Part shown: piece after piece, positions 37,024-50,140 of the stretch
Layout: every line of letters begins with the position of its first letter
How positions within the stretch are numbered: position 1 is the stretch's first letter
NCBI RefSeq assembly: GCF_033153115.1
Contig: NW_026889778.1
Location: 25,730,001 to 25,794,000 of the forward strand
DNA length: 64,000 bases
Source of the DNA: Saccostrea echinata
Taxonomy: Eukaryota
Direction: 5' to 3'
Notes under the pieces: model-generated
Told to the model about the DNA's origin: nothing
Database searches by the model: none
Seen by the model: the letters and a program-made list of their open reading frames with translations, nothing else
Translations under genes and position numbers: made by a program

Positions 37024-39045
37024 TCAGTTCTCTCGAATAATTTTCTTTATTCTTAAAATTGTTGCCCTTTTAATTCTATGCTGAGGATATTGTTGTAGTG
37101 AATATTGATAGGAATTAAAAGCATCAATGTAATCCCCGCAGATTTGCTGACAGATCCCCAGTATCTGCCAAGATATGTCTCTGTAGTATATAGGAACACG
37201 ATATCCAACATCATTCAATAAAAGATTTCGGAGTTCCTGTAGGGATTGTTGTGACCTGTTTGTATCCCAAGTTTGTGGAGATTCAGAACTGATAACATGT
37301 GTAGCATCACCAGAGGAGGGATATATAGCTAGCTTCGGACTCATCTTCTGTCCTAGCATCAGTTCATCAAGGTACGTATTAGCATGGGATAACTTGATGT
37401 CAAACACTACAGCTTTTTTCATTTTATCACTCAATGACACTGCCACCATGGGACGTCTGTACCTGTCTATCATGAGAACACCATTATATAAAATGCAAGG
37501 AATAGTCATCTTCTTTTGTGCTTTTTGTAGATACCTCAGTGATTGCTGATATCTACCGATCGTATAGCAGTATATACATAGGTACAGAATATTTGATACA
37601 TATCCTATTTTAGAAACTAACCTAAGCAGATTACATGATACAGGAATCAGATGCGATACATTTTTGTTGGCAAGATAACTACATTTGCATAAATATTTCT
37701 GTAAAGAAAATACAATATTGCAAAATAATTCCAATGTCATGTTCTGCATAGCCACTTTCTGAACAGGAGTCAGTGCTAATTTAAGTAACTTTTCAAATTC
37801 TCGAATATACAGTGTGAAGTCTGTCAAATCATTTAATGGAAAACACAATGTAGTTATTTCCGAAAAGAACCCAATATGCAAGAAATCGCTGGAAACGATG
37901 CTTCTCTCATCTGTTGTAAACGACAATGTTCTGTGGATGATGGCTTGGCTAAGATAAGGTCTGAGAGAAGGACTCAGTAGGAGGCATGGTATTCCCATGC
38001 AATACAAATCATATAATTGACCAAACAATCATGATTGTGCAGAACCAGATACTTTTGACCTAAACATTTTGTTTTGAGGAATAAAAAAATTCGGACATTC
38101 ACCAATTCTCACCCAGTTTATTAATAATCGGAAACACTTCCGAAAACACAATAAAATTGTACGAGGAGTCCATTGTAGTGAATCTTCATTCTGTATAGAC
38201 CAGAATAAAATTGTTTTCATGAAATAAGAACAAAGTATCGGATTGTTGCTTTTCAAAATGATCAACTCTTTAAGGAAAATCTTTAAGAGACCATAGCACA
38301 AGAACTGACAATGATTCATAGAATATACAAGTCTCTGTTCTGCAATTGAAAACGAAATTCTCCATTCGCTGTTCTTATCAGAGCAAGACGGAACACTACT
38401 AATTGGTACAACATGACATCCTTTATCTAAAATATCAGATAAGACACTTCTATCAGGCCATTTCTTTCACATCTTTGTATCCACGGCAATGCTATGGTCG
38501 GCCAGTGAGGAGAATGTAGACATGTTCCTAAGTCATTTTCTTGAGTGTTGACTTCGAAAGTAGCACAAGGTCCATGTTCGATGGACGATGCTAGAAAAAA
38601 AATCATTTTTAACATGCTGCAAACACTGCTCTCTGAATAAAGAACTAAATAAATATAGTTCATTATTAATATTTAAACAGGAAGATCTCACAAATTCATT
38701 AGGCGACTGAGTTATTACTTTAGTCTTGTAAACCCGGGAGGCACCGATCTCCAACAAAATCAAAGTGTGTCGTGACGGACGGTAGAAAATGGCCTGATGG
38801 AGCTCACAAATCAATTTATGGTCAAGAGGCCATAACATCCAATCGATATCTGACGTTTTAAGTCTAAATCCCTCACGAAAACTTCCACTCTTTATCATAT
38901 CAGGTCCTTTAATGCTACGCATTGCCCTACTCACCACCTCGTCAATGTCCGCGATGTCTCTGCTGAATCTGACTTCTCTACGAGTTCCTAATTCTAGACA
39001 CAATCCCACATAAACAGCCTCTGACAAACGAGGGATTCTATCCAT
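37024..39045 (-). pseudogene. cGLR copy 4, subfamily A, disrupted
   Basis: ATG at 39045 (MDRIPRLSEAVYVGLC). Indels at ~38745, ~38717, ~38595, ~38465, ~37330 and ~37267; in-frame TGA at 38029-38031. ORF fragments are homologous to copies 1 and 5. Confidence 0.9.
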
Positions 39046-40884
39046 TTGGATATGTATATATAACACTATACGACTTTTCTCTGGAAATTCCTTACATACA
39101 ATATCTTCCATCTGTAATGCACCAAAGAAAAATGTGAGAAGAATATCCTTTTTCCGTAACGGAAAATATGTCTGATGTACTATTGTACTCAGAGAAATTA
39201 AAAAGAAAATAGTACTAAGTAAGAAATTCTTGATCAGAAACAATTCCCTCAAACCACTAGGATATATCTCAAGTATGGAGTAATACTCTTCTAAGAGTTG
39301 TATGTTATATTAAGCGCGTAAGGATATTTGTAAAAGTACAATAGTCTGAATAATGCGCACGTTAGATATAATCTTTGCTTTGAAATGTTAGTGCATGTAG
39401 AATGAATACGCAAATTCTAGTAATCATTTATAATGTTTCCTTAGATATGATAAAGACAAAACTTTACGAAAGATATTGACACAATTATTATGGAAAACTG
39501 AACTCACAGATTTGATGCTAGTAACCTCATATTTTATGCAGAATTAAATTTCTTAATTACATATGGAACCCAGATTAATGAATTCATGAATTATCCTATC
39601 AATTTGATGTTTATAAACGAGTCACAGAATATTAACATATGACTGATAATTGTTTTCATCTTTCTTGGTAGGCAGGATTGATTTTATATACTTGACTTGA
39701 GGATGAGTTATTGATATGAAGGGTATACTATATTGCATATAATATTTCTCCTGTAAAGGTAAAGTTCCGAGCTGGAAGTAAAAATTATTCATGATAAAGC
39801 ATCAATTGGTTTTATTTTATCTACTTAACAATTTCATTTCCATTTTCCCACGCTAACAAGCTATTGGGTTTCCAAGGAAAGTCAGAAGTTCCAAAATTCC
39901 TTTGGACTACATGCATATTGTTTTGAATAGACATTATCATCATATCAAATCTTTAATCAGTTGGGACTTATGACAAAAGTCAAAAAATTTGAAAAAGAAA
40001 TTTGTCGCAATTTGTTCAGGATCCATTGTTTGAAACTCTTATCTCTGAATCTGACGATGAATGTTATTTTTTCTTTCATCTGGATCTTCCTGTATTGATA
40101 TTTCGCTAAACTAGCATTTGTAAAGTTAGGATGTATAGTCTCTTACAAAGCAAAAAATATGCAACTGCAAAATATGACAGACACTACTCACATTCTATAA
40201 AAGAATATTCAGAGACAAAACTAAATAATTGATATGTGAAGCTTAAAGGCAGATTTAGATTTTGGCTTACCCTAGCCTTCTCACCAAACGACATAAAATC
40301 ATGCAAGTAACAATAGAATGAAGGAGCAGAGTGACAACCAGAAATAAAACCGTTAATAATACCTTTAATGAGATAATTTTCAATATTCACTTTTTTCCTT
40401 GCTAGTATATGTAAGCTCTTTTAGTGTAAAAGTTTTAAGTTTAAAAATTATCTTTGCTAATATTGGTTTTGATTTTATTTCAAGAATTCTCAACCACAAA
40501 AAAGAGAGCATTTAGAGCTCGTATTCTAAAGTTTCTTGAACTGAAATAATTTGTAATTGCCATGAAAATGGTTTGAAGAAACTACTGTTGATTTTCCTTT
40601 TGATTTGTATACGTTCTCATGAAATATTTTAATTACTAAAATGTTTAATAGATCATTTCAAAGATCTTCATTTGTTTGTTTATTTCCTCTTTCCTTATGA
40701 ATACAAGTCACATTCTCTATTGGAAATAGTTGATCCAGATTAAAATAAACAAAGCAAGTATATTTGACTTCAAATTAAAATCAAAGTAATAATGTTAAGT
40801 ATTTGCCATATTTAAGGATTCAATAAAAACAGATTTGCTGCAAATGTTCACCCACATCCTCCTTCAAGTAATTGTGCAAAAATC

Positions 40885-40930
<46 letters not shown>

Positions 40931-43900
40931 GGAGATAAATTATTGAGCCCGAATCTGCAATGATTGAGGATGTCCTGCATGTGAATATAACTAATAATGG
41001 CACTGTTGTTCTTGAGAAAAGTTTTGAAAATTTTCTCTCCCTTATAAACAACCTCTGATCAAAGAAAGACTTTTTGTATTTTACTTGTATGTGGCATGGA
41101 TGATGGACATGAAGATGTGATTTAGTAATGAGCGATGCTTGATCTATTCTTAATTTTATTATATTTTGCTAATGGAATTCTCAATAAATGATTTCGTTTT
41201 CCTCAACTTATTAGATTCCTGTATATTATAAAAGAAAATAACCAATTTGAATCATTTGATTATCAAATTAATTTTTAATAAATATTTTAAACAATGTGGC
41301 ACCTCTTTTTCCCTCGAGATCCAAAAAAAAAAATGTTTGTTTGCCCTCTTCCGACTGAAAATAGCCCGACTCAAAACTATTTTAACCTCATGGAAAGGAT
41401 TTTTTCTTTCATTCCAGAAGTATTTTTATTTTATCTAAATATATTTTGAAAATTCAGCATTGATGTTGAAATTTTCTGAGAAAAAATTTCACACCTACCT
41501 ACGGACATACTTTTTTACCTCAAGAGAGAGAGGGCAAACAAATATTATTTTAAAGATGGCCTCATATGTAGTCTTGTTTTGTTATGCATGTATACGGACA
41601 TAACAAGACCAAACCTATGTTCGCTCACACTCCAGATCTATAGTTGTACTTCCTAAATTATCTGTAAGTGCTTAATATTGCAAAAACAGGCCCCTAAGTG
41701 TTATTCATGATTGTGGTCCTTCCTGTTTATACACTATAAGCAGCTATTATCATATGTTACTAGGAAGAAAGGCAGAGCAAAATAAATACATGCATATTGT
41801 AACTATATACATTGCACTCCAGGAAATTCGAAAATAATTTCTTACATTTTCATATTGTATGTTAAAGAAGAAGCTTAAGATTTTCAGAAAAAAGTTTTGA
41901 AATTATTTTTAGGAAAGACAAATGTACTGGACCTCTAGAACCCAGTTAGCAAAATCCTAAACGTTTCCAAGGAAAACATAAAGTTCATATACTTTTAGAA
42001 ATTTAACAGTCAATTTCTATTTTTACACTATATCAGAATGATAGATTGAATTGCTTGAAGAGAACGCAAAGTAAAGCTGCATTTTACATTGTGAACACAT
42101 TGGTTGCAATTTTTATCTATAAAAAAAGTAAAACAAATATTTCATTAGTATTTTAAGAACCCGTTATATCACCTGCATATGGTGTTTATGTCTCTCAACT
42201 TATCCGATACTCATCGGCATGCTCTGAGTACGATTTTGAAAAAGAGGCAAGCTACTGACAGGATGTCAACGGCATTTCGAAAATTGATTGCGTTTTTGTT
42301 ATTCTTTTATGTTTTTTTTATCACACAAATTGCAAGGATTTCATTTGATATTTCTTTTGCTTTGTCAGGCTAGAGAAATATATGTAAGTAATTGAGTTAC
42401 GGAAGAGCTGGAGATAAGATTATCGAAAATTTCCAGTCAAACTTATCCCCCTCCCCCTTTTTTTCAAAAGGTTCTATATGATGATATTAGATTAGGGAGT
42501 ATAAACCGCCGTTTTTTAATGTTTTTTGGGGATAGAGCTTAAAATTATACTTGACAATGTCCTATCTTATTTTTTATTTTTCAAATTTATTTTTATTTTA
42601 TTTTTATTTTCAAATACTTGGAGATAGGACTTTTTGATAAGCAATTCTCTTAAGTAAGGTTGTTATACGCACATTTTATAATTAAGATAAATAAGAGGAA
42701 TTGGATTGGGAAAAGAAGATTAAAGAAATTTCCATCATTTTTTAAGGACACAGCTAAAAGTATATAATGTATATAACCATTGGATAATTGACTTAGTCCT
42801 CACATCTTGAATATATTATGTCAAAATCAAATGCTTCTTCAAAATCAAAGAACAAAGGTAGGTCAGCTTGATATTATTTTCACAAAACAATCAAGATTTA
42901 CAAAGAAGAAAGTTACATTGTATTTTCACTATTAAAACGTCTATTTTTACACTTCTCACAAGAATCACTCCCGACACAAGTTGAAACTTTTTAGCGCAGT
43001 TTTTATGTACCTTTAGTTAGCACTAGAGCCATATTTTGGTCTGTATTCACAGAAGAGATATGTACCACAGATACATTTTTCTCTTTTACAACCTGCAATT
43101 GGAACACTGACACTGACCAAGTGAGCCATTTCTTGCTCAAAGACTAATTAAAAAAAATTAATATACTTCACAATGAACCCTCTGGAATTTTTTTTGAATT
43201 GTTATTATTTGATGCAATCGCAAATTAAACGCAATTAGTTTATTTCCGAAAGCACAAGGTTGTAGATCTTTTTGACACTTTCCCATCGATTACTACGAGA
43301 ATGAAAGAGAGGTGCACGAGGCGAAACCCCCTCTTACTTAAGTAACCACTCCCGGCTTTCTGTACTAGAAATAATTGCATTATTGTAAAGAAAATTCTTT
43401 CACGGTTCTCCTTTTAACACATGTATTATTTCGATATCATGAAGGTGACCGCATTGTAATGAATAAGTGTAATTGATGCTAGGTTATTACTTTTCTGTAG
43501 GGATGGCATTTTATAACCGGTTACTCGGTCGGAACGATAGTAATCGGTTAGAAAATTTGTAATCGGTTAGTCGAAAACAAATGGATATATTAAGATTTGA
43601 ACGAAATTTTCTTAAAATTCCATTCCAACATTGATAAGTTAGCAAATTCATATATCTGTTTTAATTAGTGCTCTCTGGATTGAGATTTAGTGTTAATTGG
43701 TCAGTTTGTAAAGTGTTGATTGCTATTTAAACACCCTATCATTCCAAAGCCAGTCCTGTATACTGGTTTTTTGCTCTTGATTCAAGTCGCTGTCTCAAGG
43801 ATTTTTTTGGGGGGCGTTTGCCAATAACCGTTGATAAGTGTTAGGGAACCAGGCTACATCTTCTCAGGATCATGGCGCATATGAGATGCGCATCTATGAG

Positions 43901-44005
43901 CTACTTCCTTAAACATTAAATTATAACCTTTTGGAACTATCAGTCCTATATCTAAATCAAGAAATGAAAAATATAGATTAAGATACAACAGAGATTAAGT
44001 TTATG

Positions 44006-45252
44006 CATGGCCGTAGGAACCGGGGGGGGGAGCACGGAGGGGCCGTGCCCTCCCAATAATTTTGCCGATATATAGATTACTATAGAAAACATTGATACTA
44101 CGCAAGACTGTTAAGGCTTACTACGAATAAATCAACGGAATATAATCGTGCATAAATACATACCTTTTTAAACTGAATTTATTTTTGTGATGCTACTATA
44201 GTATCACATGACTTTAATTTTAATTGAAATAACATTGTATACCCCCCCTCTGTACGGAATTTGGATTGGTCACGTTATTTGACAGTCACGTGATAAATGT
44301 TTGTAAAGTGTACTGTATGTAGGTCATAAACAAATTTCAATATCGCAAGGGCATACCCTAGTTAGAATTAAAAATTTCAGTAATAAATTGTATCTACAAA
44401 ACCTGTAGTTTATGAAAAGTGCTGCTGCTTTAAATAGAATTCGCATTTTATTAGTCTAAATTTCAAGTTATTTGGCTCTAGTCGAAATATGTGTGACCTT
44501 TACCATATATTTCATTTATTTATTTAGTAATGCTCTGGATTTCAGGAAAGCAGCAGCACTTTTCAAGTTAAGGAATGTTTCCGTTATGCATATTCAAAAA
44601 ATGGTCAAGATCTATAAAGTGTATGCCCTTGCGAAAGACGAATTAATGAGGCACCCCGGAGTGAAACATGCACACCCTGTACACAAAAACACGGTAGAAT
44701 TAAGTCTTTATATTCTCTCGATAGTTTTTAAATAATGGCACTAAACAAGGGTTTCAGATTTGTAATAATGGTCTACATAAGATTTGCAAATAATACTCTG
44801 TTTAATAATAAAATTCGTTTTTCACTGTGGAAAAATTACTTGATTTGCCCCTCACTGCACATAAAATGCGTCAAAGTTTACCATAATGACGTCATGTCGA
44901 TAAGTGCATTGCGATCAGTGACTTGTTTATATCTTGCTGTGTGGGATTTAACCAGAGACAAAAATGAATGCAGTGGTAAGTTTTGATAAAGTTCATCACT
45001 CTTATGCAGTTAAAAAGCGCTAATTATTTCATTTTGTTTTGTTTTGAGGAATTGCTATATTTGTGTGATGTCACAGTAGGCATTTAGCGTATAAATTAGA
45101 CCCCGCCCCCTTTATGCAGCCTTAACAGAGCTGCGTATATGCTTGTGCTCCCTCAATATAAACGTCTGTTGACCTTTTTTTTTTTTGCTTGTCAGGAAAA
45201 TGCATGGCTGTGCCCCCCCCCCCCCAAACTGAAATTGCTTCCTACGGGCCTG
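44006..45252. mobile_element. TIR element (ca.g.ccgtaggaa termini) containing an internal foldback
   Basis: catggccgtaggaacc … gcttcctacgggcctg. Inner inverted arms tcgcaagggcatac/gtatgcccttgcga and gaaaagtgctgctgcttt/aaagcagcagcacttttc (~44343-44633). Confidence 0.6.
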
Positions 45253-45642
45253 TATGCCCTCTACAGCTGTCGTCAGCTTTAGCTTGAAAGTTAAATTCAA
45301 GTAAAACAATGTTATAAGAAGTATATGTATAAGACAAACCATAAATTTATTGTCCTGGGAAATCCATATTCAAAATACCTTTAACAAAGTTCACATAATG
45401 CTACAATATGTCAGCCACATCTACTTAGTTATATTCTATGACTGCAAAGAACCAAGATTACAAGATTAATGAAAAATACAATTTTATTTATACAAAATGT
45501 AAATAAAGGGAACGGCTACCAGATACTAATTCGGCTTTTTTAAAATAATGTTTTGATGAGAATAAATTTTCAGGTATCTATGCAATAGGTCCATAATTAT
45601 AGTTTAATGCACAGATATTTTATGTTAGGTCGAAAATACAGT

Positions 45643-47688
45643 TTATGAATCTAACTCAGCTCTCTGGTAAAGTGTTTGTATTCTTAAAATTGTTGCCCAT
45701 GTAATTCTATTTGAAGGATATTGTCTGAGTGAATGTTTATAGGAATGAAGAGCATCAACGTAATCCCCGCAGATTTGTTGACAGATCCCCAGTATCTGCC
45801 AGGATAGGTCTCTGCAGTATATAGGAACACGATTCCCAACATCATATAATAATAGATTTTGGAGTTCCTGTAGAGATTGTTGTAACCTGTTTGTGTCTCC
45901 CAGTCTGTAATGATTTAAAGCAGATAACATGTGTAGCATCACTAAAGGGGGGATATATAATACTGGCATCGGACTCGTCTTCTGCTCTAGCATCAGTTCA
46001 TCAAGGTACGTAAAAGCATGAGATAACCTGATGTCAAACATAACAGCTTTTCTCATTTTATTACTCAGTGACATTCCCCCCAATGCACGTCTGTAGCTGT
46101 CTATCATGATAACATCATTATACAGCATGCAAGGAACAGTCATCTTCTTTAGTGCTTTTTGTAGATATCTCAGTGATTGGTGATATCTACCGGTCCTGTA
46201 GCAGTATATACATAGGTACAGGATATCTGATACAAATCCTAGTTTTGAAACTAGCTTAAGCAAGTTACAAGATATGTGATTCAGATATGTTTGGTTTTTG
46301 TTGGAAACATTAGCACATGTGCATAAATATTTCTGCATAGAAAATACAATTTTGCACAATAATTCTGATGTCATCCTCTGTATAGTAACTATCTGGAAAG
46401 GATTCAGTGTTGATTTAAGTAAGTTTTCAATTTTTCGAAAAAAAATTGTGAAGTCGGCAAAATCACGGAATGGAAAAGGCAACCTAGATATTTCCGCAAA
46501 GAATTCGATATGCAAGAAATTGCTGGATTTGATGCTTCTCTCATCTGTACTAAATGATAGTGTTTTGTGGATGATGGCTTGGCTAAGATAAGGTCTGAGT
46601 GTTGGGCTTAGTAAGAGACAAGGTATCCCTATGCAATACAAATCATACAATTGACAGAATAATTGTGATTGTGCCAGACCAGATACTTTCAACATAAACA
46701 TATTGTTTTGAGGAATGAAAAAGTTTGGACATTCACCCATTCTTACCCAGTGTATCAATAATCTGAAACTCTTCCAAAAACACAATAGAATTGTACGAGG
46801 TGTCCATATTAATGAACTTTCATTTTGTATCGACCAGAATAAAATTGTTTTCATGAAATATGAACAAAGAATTGGATTGTTACTTTTCAAATTGATCACT
46901 TCTTTCAGGAAAATCTTTAAGAGACCATAGCACAAAAACTGACAATGATTCATGGAATATACAAGTCTCTGTTCCGCCATTGAAAATGAAATTCTCCATT
47001 CGCTGTTCTTATCAGAGGAAGACGGGACACTACTAATTGGTACAACATGACATCCTTTATCTAAAATATCAGATAAGACGCTTCTATCAGGCCATTTCTT
47101 TTTCATACATCTGTGTATCCACGGCAATGCTGTGGTCGGCCAGTGAGGAGAATGTAGACATACTGCTAGGTCAATTTCTTGAGTTTGTATTTCGAAAGTA
47201 GCACAAGGTCCATGTTCGATGGACGATGCTAGGAAATAATTATTCTTAATATGCTGCAAACACTGCTCTCTGAATAAGGAACTAAATAGATATAGTTCAT
47301 AATTCATATATAAACAGGAGGCTCTCACGAGCTCATTATGCGACTGCGTCATTAGCTTTAGTCTTGTGAACCCCGGCGGCACCTCTTCTATGTCCATCAA
47401 AATCAAAGTGTGTTGTGGCAGACAATAGAACATGGCCTGAGGGAGCTCACAAATTACTTTATGGTCTGTAGGCCATAACATCCAATCGATATCTGACGTT
47501 TTAAGTCTAAAGCCCTCACGAAAACTCCCACTCTTCATCAAATCATATCCTTTAATGCAATACATTGACATCGTCACCACCTCCTCAATGTCCGCGATGT
47601 CTCTTCTGAACCTGACTTCCGTACGAGTTCCTACTGTTCGACACAATCCCACATAAACAGCCTCTGATAAACGAGGAATTCTATCCAT
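45643..47688 (-). CDS. cGLR copy 5, subfamily A, intact, 681 aa
   Basis: Single ORF with [56 protein letters not shown] and a TPR-like C-terminus. Confidence 0.92.
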   Translation of the reverse strand: MDRIPRLSEAVYVGLCRTVGTRTEVRFRRDIADIEEVVTMSMYCIKGYDLMKSGSFREGFRLKTSDIDWMLWPTDHKVICELPQAMFYCLPQHTLILMDIEEVPPGFTRLKLMTQSHNELVRASCLYMNYELYLFSSLFREQCLQHIKNNYFLASSIEHGPCATFEIQTQEIDLAVCLHSPHWPTTALPWIHRCMKKKWPDRSVLSDILDKGCHVVPISSVPSSSDKNSEWRISFSMAEQRLVYSMNHCQFLCYGLLKIFLKEVINLKSNNPILCSYFMKTILFWSIQNESSLIWTPRTILLCFWKSFRLLIHWVRMGECPNFFIPQNNMFMLKVSGLAQSQLFCQLYDLYCIGIPCLLLSPTLRPYLSQAIIHKTLSFSTDERSIKSSNFLHIEFFAEISRLPFPFRDFADFTIFFRKIENLLKSTLNPFQIVTIQRMTSELLCKIVFSMQKYLCTCANVSNKNQTYLNHISCNLLKLVSKLGFVSDILYLCIYCYRTGRYHQSLRYLQKALKKMTVPCMLYNDVIMIDSYRRALGGMSLSNKMRKAVMFDIRLSHAFTYLDELMLEQKTSPMPVLYIPPLVMLHMLSALNHYRLGDTNRLQQSLQELQNLLLYDVGNRVPIYCRDLSWQILGICQQICGDYVDALHSYKHSLRQYPSNRITWATILRIQTLYQRAELDS

Positions 47689-48368
47689 TTGGATATGTAT
47701 ATTACACTATTCAACTTTTCTCGATTTTCATCTTTTCTGGAAATTCTTTACATACAATATCTTCCATCTGTAATGCACCAATGGAAAAAGAGAAAAAATA
47801 TCCCTTTTCCGTAACGAACAAAATATTTCTATGTACTATTCTATTCAGTTGAATAAAAAAAAAATAGACGGAGTAAGAAATACAACTTTATCAGAAACAA
47901 TTCCCTCAAGCCAATGGGAAATATCTGAAGTAAAGAGTACTACTCTTCTGAGAGTTGTATACTATATTAAGCGCTTAAAGATATTTCTGTAAGTACAAGT
48001 GTCTGAATAGTGCTCACGTTAGATATTATCTGATGTGAAATTTTTATCCATGTAGAATGAATACGCAAATACATGTACTAGTAATCATTTACAAACAGTT
48101 TCCTTACATATGATAAAAGAAAAAAACTTTACAAAACATTTGGACACATATTATTGAAAAGTGAACTCACAAATTTGATACTAGTAACCTTAGATATGCA
48201 GCAATATATTTCTTAATTACATATTTAGTCCACATTAATGCAAATCATGAATTATCCTATCGCTTTGATGTTCATAAACGTGTCACAAAAATTAACATAT
48301 GACTGATAAATTGTTTTTCATCTTTCTTGAATCATAAAATGTATAAATATTGCCTTGCTTATAGACCC

Positions 48369-48370
<2 letters not shown>

Positions 48371-48416
<46 letters not shown>
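48371..48416. repeat. (GA)n microsatellite (paralogous tract at 56749-56779)
   Basis: Directly visible; same flanking sequence (agacccct) at both sites. Confidence 0.9.
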
Positions 48417-48418
<2 letters not shown>

Positions 48419-50105
48419 TGGTGGATTTATATATAAAATGAAAAACTTGATGGGCAGGATTGATTTTATATAATTGACCTGAGGATGAGTCATTGATATG
48501 AAGGGTATACAATGTACTATGGTGCATATAATATTTTCCCGTTACGGTCAAGTTCAGGACTGGAAGTAAAAATTATACATGATAAAGCATCAATGATTTT
48601 TTTTTATCTACTTAACTACTACAAGAAAAAAACTATAATGCTGAGCAATGCATTTTTTTTTACAAAATCTCTCTCTATCTTTCTTTGTCTTATTTTCATT
48701 TTCCCACTCTAACAAGCTCGTGGGTTTCTCCAAGGAAAGTTAGAAATTCCAAAATCTCATTGGGTTATCATATTACATGTTTCGAATAGACATTATCATC
48801 ATATAAAATCTATTTAATCAGTTGTAACCAATGTCAAAAGTCATGAAAGTTTGAAAAATAGATTGTTGCGATTTGTTCAGACTCAAATGTTATTAAAAGC
48901 TTATCTCAAAATCGGAATTTTCATTTTTCCCCCATTCGTCAGGTTCTTCCTGTATTGATATGACGCTGGTAAACGAGCATTTGGAAAGTTAGGATGTATG
49001 GTTTCTTACAACACAAAAAATATGCAACTGCAAAACATTACAGACACTTTTCACAATTAATACAAGAATATTCAGAGATCTCTTACAAAACTAAATAATT
49101 AATCTGTGAAACTTAAAGGCAGATATAGATTTTGGCTTATCCTGCTCACCAAAGGACATAGTATCATGCAAGTAGCTATAGATTGAAGGAGCAGAGTAAC
49201 AAACAGAAATAAAACAAAATATCCTTTAATGAGATATTTTTAACTATTACTTTTTCCTTACCTAAACAAATGAAGCTCTGATTTGAGCTCTGAAAGGGTT
49301 AGAGCTAGAGCTTTCATGTCAGTCTAAAATTAGTATTTTGGGTTAAAAGTTCTTCCAAGAGCTCAAAACTATTATTTTTGCATCTTTTTTGCATTTCTCA
49401 CATATAATTTATGTTGATCTTTATATAGTTCCTATCGATATATGCAAAGCATTTCCCAACACATAATTTCATATATTCTGATAGATTTCTTAAGTGGTTT
49501 TGTCACTTCCATTGAACATTAAGTTGCAATGGATTCATATGCACACGTGCTAATACTTTTTCTCATAATGTGCGATATGCCTCTTAAATATTTTTTTAAA
49601 CGAGTGATTCATTTTCTGTGATAAAATTATATGGTGCAAGTATATATATCTGTTCAGATAAAAAAATTCCCGCATTTTGGACATCATTTTTGAATTTATA
49701 GGATAGGAGATGCAGATATTTTAGGGTATTGCTTAATCTTGATTGTGTATACATGTGAACAAAAACAACTATGGGATGGACTCGCATGCACAAGTGAAAC
49801 AGACGTTAATAAGGCGCTAGTTAGACCTGAGTGTCATGAAGTCACGACGCTCTTAACGTAATATCACGGACATCATAAAAATTGTGCGCTTTCATTTTCT
49901 CTTTACAAGTATTTCACTTTGTATTTGATACAGAATTTGTGCTATCTTATCCATTCAGCATAAACATCAATATACCATTTCCGGCACAGATTTACTTCCC
50001 AAATCCTCTGTAAATGCTTAATACTGTAAAACGTAAACCCCAAGTCTTATTTCATAATTTTGTTCTTTCAGGTTCAAATACTATAAGCAACTATAAGCAT
50101 ATGTT

Positions 50106-50106
<1 letters not shown>

Positions 50107-50139
<33 letters not shown>

Positions 50140-50140
50140 A
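50107..50140. repeat. (CAA)n microsatellite
   Basis: Directly visible. Confidence 0.9.

Noticed and set aside
39046-39252. 69-aa N-terminal extension of copy 4 with a hydrophobic, signal-like start
   Set aside because: It begins at a non-ATG codon and is not open in the paralogues; the conserved start is MDR at 39045.
43498-43575. hAT-like terminus tagggatggc with aatcggtta subrepeats
   Set aside because: No matching opposite end or TSD found, so boundaries cannot be supported.
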